From Spirogloea muscicola (lineage: Eukaryota), in the NCBI GenBank assembly GCA_009602725.1, contig WELB01000005.1, positions 1,134,655 through 1,154,654 on the forward strand: a DNA stretch of 20,000 nt, in the 5' to 3' direction. Made by a program: the position numbers and the translations under genes. Shown one piece after another: positions 1 to 13,164 of this stretch (position 1 is the first letter of the stretch; every line of letters starts with the position of its first letter). Under the pieces are notes generated by a model. It did not search any database. It was not told where the DNA came from and worked only from the letters and a program-made list of their open reading frames with translations.

Positions 1-737
1 AGCTGAGCCATGACGTGCGGCGGTTCCGCTTTGCACTGCCGAGCGAGAAGCACGTCCTGGGCCTGCCCGTCGGCAAGCACATGTTCCTGAGCGCGACGGT
101 GGGCGGCAAGTTCCTCATGCGCGCGTACACGCCGACGAGCTCCGACGGCGACGCGGGCTACTTTGACCTCGTGGTCAAGATCTACTTCAGCGGCATCTCG
201 CCGCACTTCCCCGACGGCGGCCTCTTCACGCAGCACCTCGAGAGCCTCAAGGTCGGCGACACGATCGACGTCAAGGGCCCCGTGGGCCACATCCACTACC
301 AAGGCCGCGGCAAGTTCCTCGTCAGCAACAAGCCGAGGGTAGCGAGGCGGCTGGCGATGGTCGCCGGCGGCTCCGGCATCACGCCCATGTACCAGATCCT
401 GCAGGCCGTCTGCAAGGACCCGGAGGACGACACGGAGATCTGGCTCCTCTTCGCCAACAAGAGCGCCGGCGACATCCTCCTGCGCAACGACCTCGGCCGC
501 TGGGCCGCCGCCAATCACCGCCTGCACGTGTGGTACACCGTCAACACGCCGCCGCAGGGCGAGCCGTGGCCCTTCAGCACAGGGCGCATCGACGAGGCCA
601 TGGTGCGCGAGCGCCTGCCGCCGGGCGGCCCAGACGGGCTCGCTCTCCTCTGCGGCCCTCCCGGCATGATCCAGTTCGCATGCCTGCCTAACCTGCAGAA
701 AAATGGATACGATGTTGATCGAATCCTTACCTTCTAA
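1..737 (+). CDS. NIA: Assimilatory nitrate reductase, C-terminal cytochrome-b5-reductase-like FAD/NAD(P)H domains (5'-partial, last exon)
   Basis: Frame is open from nt 3 (LSHDVRRFRFALPS) to TAA at 735-737. Motifs typical of plant/algal NR: LGLPVGKH, RAYTPTS, YFDLVVKIYF..PHFPDGG, DVKGPVGHIHY.GRG.F, AGGSGITPMYQ, KDPEDDTE, ALLCGPPGMIQFA..PNL.K.GY. The IQFA..PNL tail and GHI.Y.GRG.F match NR better than a stand-alone b5 reductase. The adjacent nitrite transporter supports the call. Confidence 0.9.
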   Translation, partial: LSHDVRRFRFALPSEKHVLGLPVGKHMFLSATVGGKFLMRAYTPTSSDGDAGYFDLVVKIYFSGISPHFPDGGLFTQHLESLKVGDTIDVKGPVGHIHYQGRGKFLVSNKPRVARRLAMVAGGSGITPMYQILQAVCKDPEDDTEIWLLFANKSAGDILLRNDLGRWAAANHRLHVWYTVNTPPQGEPWPFSTGRIDEAMVRERLPPGGPDGLALLCGPPGMIQFACLPNLQKNGYDVDRILTF

Positions 738-2021
738 CTGTACCTCACTGAAGTCTTACCGCAGCTCTAACGGAATTTTGCCACCCCGCTTTCGTAGGTT
801 TCCTGCATCCCTTACCTTCTCAAAACGTTCACCACCTTGTGCAGGGGATCTTCCTCTTGCTTCGGCTTCCCTCTTGCTTCCCCACTTATCTCTCCATTTT
901 GCAATACTAAACGGCCAGCGCGGCACCTTAAGTTACATGCCATGCTCGAATGGACATTGCGAGGTAGTCCTTTTATTCGTCACAGCTGCTTTGAGACCCA
1001 ATCACTATTTTGATGGGTCTGCAGCAGCAGGCAGGGTGCTGAACGGCTGCAGGCCGTTTGTACACCTATGTATAGAAGCCTTGTGCAATTGAATTCATGG
1101 CACAAGGTAGACATTAATGTGAGACTTTGCAAAGTGCAACAAGCCAAGAGTCTATGCAGATGAGCGCGCCCACTCGATTGTGAACCATCTCTGTGCTCAC
1201 AAGTGGGTGGGCGAGTGCCCACTTAAAAATATTTGAGGTGCCAGCGCCAAGCCAGCAATGATTCTACTCCAGCTGGTCATACACTTGCTCGCCACATTCA
1301 GAGTCCAATTGGAGTTGGTCAAATCCTAGGGACGCCTTCTCATGGCCGGGCAAGTGCTGGTCACCTGCTCGTTCTAATGGTGTACAGTGGGAAACTCTTA
1401 ACTGGCAGTGTCCGATGATCTTTCAATGCCTGGCTACTTCTGCAAATGATTAAGTGCCATTGAGGAGGTCTCTGCAAAGGGGACAGGACGTAACTTGATT
1501 GTTGTGATGCACAGCTGGTGTTGACTGTTGTGGACTTTGCAGCGAGCACATCGGGTGTCCCCTAAAGATTTGTGCTACGCAGCTTTTGGCAAGCGACGAA
1601 CTGGATGTGGGGTTCCCGGAGGTGTTGTGCCAGTACTCTTATGATCAATCAAACGAAGTCTTCAAGGCCATCAATCATGCTGTCTATACACCATGACTGG
1701 GTGCAGCAAAGGCGCACATGGGTCTGAAGCCTCCAGGATAATTTGTCTGCCCACATTGATTTTGTCTGGAGATGTTAATAATCTAGACTGCTAAGATGGC
1801 CTCCAGATGACTGCGAAAGATGAGTGACACACGAGAAAGACGGTTTCGGACAAGCTATGTGGCCCTCACGGCTTTTTGTGATGAAGTGCCCAGACGATAA
1901 GGCTCGATGCCAAAATCGCGACTTCATTGCTCTGCTTTCGGCAGTGGTAGGTGGCGGCACAGCCGCAGCTGAGCCTGGGCGTTCTGACACTACTGGTCAT
2001 GGTTTGGCGCTTAAGGTCTGC

Positions 2022-4446
2022 TCATGCCGTAGTCGACCTCTTCCAGAGCATGCTATTCTCCCCATGGCAGTAGGAGAAGATCGCGGCAACGCAGACTGCA
2101 CCGCCAAGGATGTTGCCAAGCGTGACGGGGAGCAGGTTACGAAGTAGAAATGCTTCCATACTTACATCAGCTCCCAACAGCATCCCCTGGCATGGAGAAA
2201 AGATTACGGCGCTTTTAAACAGAATGAACTTACAATGCTACCGGGCGAATGGCAGCCAAGTCATTCTCTCACGGTTGTGCCAAGCTGTGTGGACATCCAA
2301 CAACAAATGCTGATGCCCAGCCTTCTGAACACGACCTTCAAGGAAAACTGAACCATCATAGCAGCAAGTTGGACAACTTTGTCATTGCTGGAGGCAATCT
2401 CACAGGCAGGATTCCACGACATTGGTGGAAGCAGGGGCGCACAGGGCGTCGCAAACCTGGGGCAGGAGGAACATATTGGCCACCGAGTGCTCGAAGCCGA
2501 GTGCAACAAATGTGCTAACTGGCCCAAGGATGCCAACGAATTTGCCGGCTACGCTGGAGCTCGCTGAGGCCTGGTACACCGCTGCGCCACCAAGCCGTCG
2601 TCACCAGGATTAGGCTCCAGGAAATCAGTGAGGATTGATGTGTGACCCTTCTGATATTGTAAACTCAGGCCGCGAGGCTGAGAAGCTGAGAAACTGATGT
2701 CAATGCTTAAGTATGCCTGCAATGCGCAAGACTTTCAGAGCAAAACGTCCTGTGACCCATGCGTGGGAGCAGACCACTTTGATCTGCACGCCATCGTCGT
2801 CTGGCTGCCGCTAAGTCGTGGGGGAAGGGGGTTGGGGGGACGGAGAGGAGCGCGGGACTTACCCATGCAGACCATCCAGTTGCAGAGGAGGCCCTTGAGC
2901 ACAGCAGTGCCAAACGGCAGGCCGGCCTTGGCTTTCGCAGCAGCAATGGCCGCCTGCACCATTGGCGCAGTTGACACTGCAGAGCCCCCGCAAGCCTCGA
3001 CCACTACTGAGTTGGGTCTGCTTCACCTTCACGACCGTCGGCTGCCGCCATACCACAGCAGAACGTTGTGGGCGAGTTGGGTGGCGCCGAGCGTCTCACA
3101 GGCTCGGACGTGGAGGCCGGCCCAGGCGATAACGAGCGCGCCGGCGAGGTTGCCGGTGAACGAGAGGCCCCAGTTGCGCGCCAGCTGGTCGCCCGTCACC
3201 CGGCCCTCCAGCCACCCGAGCGTCATTGTGAAGGTGTTGCCGGTGAAGAGCTCCGCACCTTGAGGAGGCGTGGCGGCCAAGGTCAGGTCTTTCTCGGGCA
3301 GCCATCGGCTGCCGAGGCCGCTTGGCTGGCCAGCATTTGCAGGACATGGAGTGTGTGTACTGAGTGATGGAGGGCCTGAGTAGCCAAGTACAAAGGCAAG
3401 CACATTGACAAATACACATCACCTGCTGCTAAGCTGACCCGCTCAGTAACCACGAGTCAGCACATAGAGGTCGCTAACTGATGCTCGAATATAGGACGGC
3501 TATTGACGAGCCCTTGTGCCACCTGCTAAGGCTCGACCAGCTTTCTGGTGCAAAGCATGAGCCTGAGCTCGCAGAGGAGCCCCCTGCACCGTCGCAATGG
3601 CCGCGGGCGGCTGCCTTCGTTCATGGCCAGGAAAGGAAAGGGGAGACGGTCCTCCAGAAGGAGGCGATGGCTGTGACAGGCCAGCCCAATTAAGGAAAAA
3701 GAGACGACAACGTCCAGAGGGCCGGAATGCGCCAGGAGGTCTCATAGTTGATCAGTTAGTTGGTATCATTACTTAATAAAGTCCTCAAATGGGTCTGAGA
3801 GTGCTGAAATTCCATTCTAAGCTTACTTTGTCTTAGAAAGGGTTCTTCATTCACTATAAGTTGAGCAGTTTACTCATGATTGAAACTTAACTGCTCTAAA
3901 TCCTTCGAGACAATACGAAATCGTCGTCTCGCCCAGCGGCGGGCGCTGTCTCCGGAGAGCGACGGGGAGGACGGCGAGTGAGCGGGCGCGGACCTGTGAG
4001 GAGGGTCATGGTGAGGAAGAAGGGCAGGCCGAGGGCGCCGAGGAGCCAGCGCTGGAGGCCGGGGTTGGCGGCGGCCAGCGCGGGCGCGCCGCCGCCGACG
4101 GCTGTCATGAGCATGGCGCCGAGCGCAATGTACGCGCCCGCCGCCACGCCCAGCACCAGCGTCTCCGCCGCCGAGAGCTTGGCCTTGGCCTCCGCGCTGG
4201 CCACTGTCCCCGCGGCCAGCGCCGGTCAGAAGGCGGCGGCGGCGGCGGCGGCGGGCGGCGGCGACGGAGGCGGGCGAGGAGATGGAGAGAATCTGGTGCG
4301 GGCGCGGATTGTTAGCCCGCGCTATCGGCACCCGGATTGGCGCGGATAAGGGCCCCGGAGAAGCTCCCTCGGGCCTGCCGACGGTTGCGTTAGGTTAGGC
4401 GGGGGTTACGCTAATGNCCCGCCGAGCAGCGGCGCCCGCCGAGCAT

Positions 4447-4478
<32 letters not shown>

Positions 4479-4482
4479 CCAT
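2022..4482 (-). CDS. NAR1: Formate/nitrite transporter (FNT family), NAR1-type, probably plastid-targeted
   Basis: Exons 4203-3994, 3258-3100, 2976-2863, 2581-2457, 2186-2022 (TGA), with GT-AG junctions and consistent phases; the 3100/2976 junction is the least certain. FNT motifs: GAYIALG, G.ELFTGN, NW..SF.GNLAGA, KGLLCNWMVCMA, GK..GI..P...FVALGFEHSVANMF, NLLPVTLGNILGG. Probable start ATG at 4482-4480 (MAALAAAAAAAMLGGRRCSAG, transit-peptide-like) runs into the N at 4417, so the 5' exon structure is unresolved. Confidence 0.9.
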
Positions 4483-4509
4483 GGGGGAACAGCTCCTGGC
4501 CAGGAGTGC

Positions 4510-4771
4510 CACGTGTCCCGCGACGGGGCCCCCGGGTCTCTTATTACTTCCCCTTATCTCTGCAAGCTCGTCCCAATCTTTTCTTCCCATTTTGTGACAT
4601 CAATCTGATATACAGCGTATACTTTACCAGCGCTTAAGGAACAGTCAACAACAAAATGTTTCCGCCCCGGCGGCCCTGACCCACGGGGTCGCCGAGGGGG
4701 CGCCCAGAGGGGCCTCCCACGTGGCCAACCCGGCAATGAAGCCCCTCCGCTTGGGCCCCACTCGGCACGTG
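4510..4771 (-). promoter_or_regulatory. Putative NAR1 promoter with three G-boxes, an I-box and a site-II element
   Basis: CACGTG at 4510-4515, 4718-4723 and 4766-4771, each in a CACGTGGC context on one strand; GATAAGG on the minus strand at 4552-4558; TGGGCC at 4752-4757. All lie within 300 bp upstream of the putative ATG. Confidence 0.4.
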
Positions 4772-4812
4772 GCCTGTGATGGCTCCCTAGCTCTCGCTGC
4801 TGCCTCTGGCTC

Positions 4813-5256
4813 TGGCCAGGGGACCCACTTCCAGGAGCCTAGCTTCTCTGAGGCTGCTTAGCAGGGGTTACTGAGCAATACGTAGCTGCTTTGTGTCTTG
4901 TTGTGCTTGTTTTCCTTAGCGCTTCCCCTGACCCCCTTCTCGTACTTTGTTCGTTCGTTTTTGGGCTGGCTTTTCCAGCCCCTATCCTCAATGGGCGAGC
5001 CCTTTCTTCACTAGCTCCGTCTGCAAGAACACATGCTCCCGTGGCCAGGTGACCCGCTTCCAGGAACCCAGCTTCTCTGACCTGAGGCTGCTTAGCAGGG
5101 GATACTGAGTGCTTCGTAGCTGCTTAATTTCTTCTTGTGCTTGTTGTTCTCAGTGCTTCCCCTGGCTCCTTCTCGTCCTTCGTTCAATCTTTTCGGGCTG
5201 GCCTTTCCAGCCCCTATCCTCAATGGGGGGCGAGCCCTTCTTCTTCTACTCCCGTT
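4813..5256. repeat. Diverged direct tandem duplication, two copies, period ~229 bp
   Basis: Copy 1 is ~4813-5020 and copy 2 is ~5042-5256. Shared blocks include TGGCCAGG.GACCC.CTTCCAGGA, AGCTTCTCTGA, GAGGCTGCTTAGCAGGGG, CGTAGCTGCTT, TTGTGCTTGTT, GCTTCCCCTG, GGGCTGGC.TTTCCAGCCCCTATCCTCAATGGG and GGGCGAGCCCTT. Confidence 0.9.
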
Positions 5257-6389
5257 CAGAACTGAAGCTCATAAATTGCCGAAGCTCATAGCTGCGGCCT
5301 CAGGCTGTCGTCAAGGGCACTGCTTTCCGGCGGCTAGTCTTTTGACTTGCAGTTGCTAATAAGAGGTCATTAAGTAATAATGTCATACATGGTCCTTGCT
5401 TGCTTATGTGCTTCAGCGCTTTTCGGCCCTTTCAGACCGTGTCGAAATCTCATCGGGCTGGCTTTATACAGCACTCGCCCCATTTGGAAAAGCTAACTTC
5501 GATCGTTGGTGACCCCTGCTACTGGTGCGCTTCCCCATGCTCTGGCTGCCCGTGCGTCCGGGCACAGGCACGAGCACAGCCGGCGCGTGCTCGCATGACC
5601 CTGCGCGTCTCTACTGCGCTCAACATCGTCCGCCTTCCAGCACCAGTCGCTGAGTATGTACATGCAGAGGGTATATGTCCTCAACGGGGGCGGCGAACGC
5701 TGATGTGCTGGATGTGCTGCCCAAGATGGGCCAGTACGAAGAAGCCGCCGACTATGACGGACTTTCAGCTGACGAGCAAACGCTTGCAAACGTCAATGAT
5801 TGTTGGCGGGAGCTTTCAACCTGCAATTTGTTTCCAAAGCTAGCTTGCGTCATATATGCAAACAGATGATTCGATTCGGGGGCTTTGATAGCATCTGTTC
5901 AAAAACTGAAATAAATAATGAAGAGAGTGAAGTTGCAGCATCCTCAGACAGAGGGAGCAGATCCGAGTGGCCTAAGCAGATGATCTATGAGTAAGAGCGC
6001 GAGCAATTGCAAGCGTTTATGATCTCACCTACCAGTGCTTGGCAGCGCAACGTGTTACCTTGTTGCTGTGACCAGACCCTGCACCACAAAGAGGTAGACT
6101 ACCCATTAGCCGTTGCTTGCCAGCAGATGCAGATGAAGCTCCGCATGGTGGTCCCACATCAACAGAAGAGACTTCCAAATACTGCAGAAGCTTGTTAGGC
6201 CAGTGATGACCTTTCAAGCTTCAAGATGCACGTGGACCGCAATAGAAGAGCCTTTTTGTGACACATTAACAGCTGCTATATCGTACTTCTGGTGCTGCTC
6301 TACGACCTCGTTATGGTGATAGAGCAACTAAAGAACATATTATCCCGAGCTGCAAGATCAGAAAATAGGCTAGGTGATGCAAGATGAGG

Positions 6390-6435
6390 CTTGTGGTTGC
6401 TGATAATGTCAAACTTGTGGTTGCTGATAATGTCA
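6390..6435. repeat. Short perfect tandem duplication (22-bp unit, period 24), probably intronic
   Basis: CTTGTGGTTGCTGATAATGTCA at 6390-6411 and 6414-6435. Confidence 0.9.
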
Positions 6436-6442
6436 TGCGTAC

Positions 6443-7249
6443 GTGTACATGCACATCGACCACCAAACCGTCTGTACACCCACGGGAGGTAGTACCCTTC
6501 CTTGCAATTGCAGTGGTAACCTCCCCCCAAAACACGGGCACAGGTCCCCCCATCCCCACATGGGTTGCCGGAGCACGGGTCGGAAATTTCTGCGCAATTT
6601 TTGACCTCATTAATCAACCTCGACTGGTCTGTACAGGCATCATACAGGGGCTCCTTTACTACGCGCTGGCTGCTCAAATCAGCACATACTGGCATACACT
6701 GCAAGTATCTCCCTGCTCAGTGTCACTGTCATGCATATGACTTGCCGTTCACCTTTGCAGGCGCTTTCAGGGGAAGTCTGGCGGTAGCCTGGTACGCACT
6801 GGCACTGATGACCAGGCTCATACAACACCTCCACGCAGGTCCCAGCTGGCCCGCATGGATTGCCTACGCAGCTGCCTCTCCTTCCTGCCAAGCATTGCTT
6901 CAGAGCTTAGAAACAATCTTGATTCGACTTGGAAAGAAGCCCTTTGTCAATTTCGTGGCCTCGGCTGAGCCTGAGAGCATACATTAAGGTAGGGAATCGG
7001 AGCTGCAACACTTATCACGGGTGCACAATGAACGCACGCAATATTAAAGACCTGTGTAAGCATGAGCAGGACAGGCATGATGGTATGTGTGTGTCTTGGA
7101 GTCGTCAGACTCACTTAAGCACACTGACTCTCCTTCGTTGTTGACCCCGACGATGTATCCATGCAGACAGCTGCAGTCATAACCGCCATCGTTATTTTCA
7201 CACGTTCCAACTCCACATGGGTTTGGATGTTTTCTGCACTCATCGATAT
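6443..7249 (-). CDS. Multi-EGF-domain protein (one calcium-binding EGF plus two EGF-like modules), partial; N- and C-terminal exons not resolved
   Basis: Exon 7249-7115: [45 protein letters not shown] (cbEGF consensus D-I-D-E-C and C-x-N-x2-G-x-Y-x-C-x-C). Exon 6884-6753: [43 protein letters not shown]. Exon 6589-6443: [49 protein letters not shown]. All are flanked by CAG/GT and are 135, 132 and 147 nt long. A possible terminal exon is ~6349-6300. Confidence 0.8.
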
Positions 7250-7507
7250 CTGTGCATCACAACTCTGAATTTGTCATGCCATATGATCCACCTCCACATT
7301 AGTGAACTTGCTTAAGGGACTGCGCCATTCTGAGGTCAAAGACTCTATGGTCTTGTCAGTGCCAGTTCAAATGACAAAAAGTGGTAATCCCCCAATATAG
7401 AGCAAGATCAGGGCTTGACACACAGCCCAGGTTGTGATCCCGACTGCTCTATGACGACCTGCACCGCCCGTCGCCAGCACAAGCGGCTGAAAGGAGGGCG
7501 TGATGTA

Positions 7508-7510
<3 letters not shown>

Positions 7511-7556
<46 letters not shown>
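7511..7556. repeat. (TA)n microsatellite, at least 23 units, abutting an assembly gap
   Basis: Perfect TA run from 7511 to the start of the N block. Confidence 0.97.
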
Positions 7557-8455
7557 NNNNNNNNNNNNNNNNNNNNNNNNNNNNNNNNNNNNNNNNNNNN
7601 NNNNNNNNNNNNNNNNNNNNNNNNNNNNNNNNNNNNNNNNNNNNNNNNNNNNNNNNNNNNNNNNNNNNNNNNNNNNNNNNNNNNNNNNNNNNNNNNNNNN
7701 NNNNNNNNNNNNNNNNNNNNNNNNNNNNNNNNNNNNNNNNNNNNNNNNNNNNNNNNNNNNNNNNNNNNNNNNNNNNNNNNNNNNNNNNNNNNNNNNNNNN
7801 NNNNNNNNNNNNNNNNNNNNNNNNNNNNNNNNNNNNNNNNNNNNNNNNNNNNNNNNNNNNNNNNNNNNNNNNNNNNNNNNNNNNNNNNNNNNNNNNNNNN
7901 NNNNNNNNNNNNNNNNNNNNNNNNNNNNNNNNNNNNNNNNNNNNNNNNNNNNNNNNNNNNNNNNNNNNNNNNNNNNNNNNNNNNNNNNNNNNNNNNNNNN
8001 NNNNNNNNNNNNNNNNNNNNNNNNNNNNNNNNNNNNNNNNNNNNNNNNNNNNNNNNNNNNNNNNNNNNNNNNNNNNNNNNNNNNNNNNNNNNNNNNNNNN
8101 NNNNNNNNNNNNNNNNNNNNNNNNNNNNNNNNNNNNNNNNNNNNNNNNNNNNNNNNNNNNNNNNNNNNNNNNNNNNNNNNNNNNNNNNNNNNNNNNNNNN
8201 NNNNNNNNNNNNNNNNNNNNNNNNNNNNNNNNNNNNNNNNNNNNNNNNNNNNNNNNNNNNNNNNNNNNNNNNNNNNNNNNNNNNNNNNNNNNNNNNNNNN
8301 NNNNNNNNNNNNNNNNNNNNNNNNNNNNNNNNNNNNNNNNNNNNNNNNNNNNNNNNNNNNNNNNNNNNNNNNNNNNNNNNNNNNNNNNNNNNNNNNNNNN
8401 NNNNNNNNNNNNNNNNNNNNNNNNNNNNNNNNNNNNNNNNNNNNNNNNNNNNNNN
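7557..8455. other. Assembly gap (N run)
   Basis: 899 N. Confidence 0.99.
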
Positions 8456-11961
<3,506 letters not shown>

Positions 11962-12520
11962 CTGTAGCATTCATCATCAATTCATCATTCATCACCTTCA
12001 CGTACTGCATAAGACTCTCACCTCTGATACCCCCCCATTCTTTGACCAAAACTTCCTGGGAGCATGGCTTGGAACATTGTTCAAGCCAGCCGGTATGGGT
12101 TGCTCTGATTGTGACACCAAGAATCAGTACATTCCAGTCGTAAGAATGATATCAAAGCTGTGAACAATCACTACATGCTGTTGCATGACTTATGCATCCA
12201 AAGTCCTTGGAGCTTGACAGCTGCCTGTTGGGCAGTGCAGCTAAAGTTGGCTGCACATATGTGTTGGCATTAAGGTAGTGCTAATTAAGAAACAATTGGC
12301 ACTGCAGAGGGCGTTGCCCAACTTGCTACTTATGCCGTGCTCTATACACCAAGGGAGAGGAGAAGAGGCCCATGGCTTCCGAACGCACACAGCGCAGCTG
12401 TCATGTTAAGCCAGAAAAGTAGAGCACACGGCCGCAGGTAGCAGTCGATGCGTATAACCCAAGTATGAGGTGTGGCCAGTATTTGTAAATGGAAGTTGTG
12501 GGTGTGCTCTCAAAGGGGAC

Positions 12521-13164
12521 CTAGCCCGGCGAAGGCGCACTGGGTGGCGGCTGCGGGCGCCTGCTCTTGATCGGCCGCATGCTCTCAAGCAGGTAGGAGA
12601 GGGCGCGCACGACGTGCCGGCGGCTGTAGGGGACGCCCGACTTGGCGAGCGCGTTGCCGCGCGCATCGAGGAGCACGAAGCACGGGACGTACTTCACCTC
12701 GTAGTGCACCACCTGAGGAGGAACGGCAGCAGATGGGCATCATCACGACGTCATGCGCAACGAAGGCAGAGCTGCGGGTCAGCATGCAGAGCCAGAAAAG
12801 CAGAAGCTCGCGGAGGCCACAGCCACTTTCAGACCAGCCGGCGTGAATTCTATGATGGAAATGATTTACTGAAATGGACGGAATGCAGCTGCAGGAGCGT
12901 TGGCAGGCAAGGCGGCGGCGCGGGCCAGGTGGGCGCGCTCGCCTCGGGGAGCCAGCGCCGGTTCTCGACGTCGGCAGTGACGACGGCGAGCCAGTCGGCG
13001 TCGCGGGCCTCGACGTCGGCGAGCGTGGCGAGGAGGGAGGCGCAGAGGCGGCAGCGCGGGGAGTAGAACTCGAGCAGCGTGGCGCGGCGGCCCGACGCCA
13101 GCGCCGCCGCCAGCGCGCGCTCCTGCACCTCCGCCCGCTCCTCCGCCGACAGGGCCCCGCCGCC
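12521..13164 (-). CDS. Thioredoxin-fold protein with atypical CRLC active site (plant-type thioredoxin-like); 5' end in or beyond the gap
   Basis: Exon >13164-12943 ([20 protein letters not shown]...[16 protein letters not shown]) is spliced through a GC-AG intron to exon 12712-12521 ([28 protein letters not shown]...). It has the EFY-x2-CxxC and V-P-x-F-V-L-L-D thioredoxin hallmarks. Confidence 0.85.

Noticed and set aside
738..2021. Short ORFs between NR and NAR1 (e.g. 703-1092, 980-1222, 1233-1418)
   Set aside because: No recognisable motifs and low coding-like GC bias; best explained as the 3' UTRs or intergenic region of two convergent genes.
2643..2665. TGACCCTT half-site resembling the NLP nitrate-responsive element (similar half-sites near 4929 and 6207)
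   Set aside because: The second half (AAGAG at 10-nt spacing) is missing in all three, so chance matches are likely.
4232..4470. (GCG)n/(GCC)n runs and a TTAGGTTAGG doublet
   Set aside because: Ordinary low-complexity tracts of GC-rich 5' regions, too short to imply function.
5400..6250. Coding-looking ORF fragments (e.g. 5675-5869 +, 6029-6217 -) and candidate splice sites
   Set aside because: No family motif recognised, and I could not chain them in a consistent phase to the EGF exons or to each other. A translated search would be needed.
4813..6435. CRISPR-like interpretation of the direct repeats
   Set aside because: Only two copies of each repeat, no unique spacers of regular length, no cas genes, and a eukaryotic intron-containing context.
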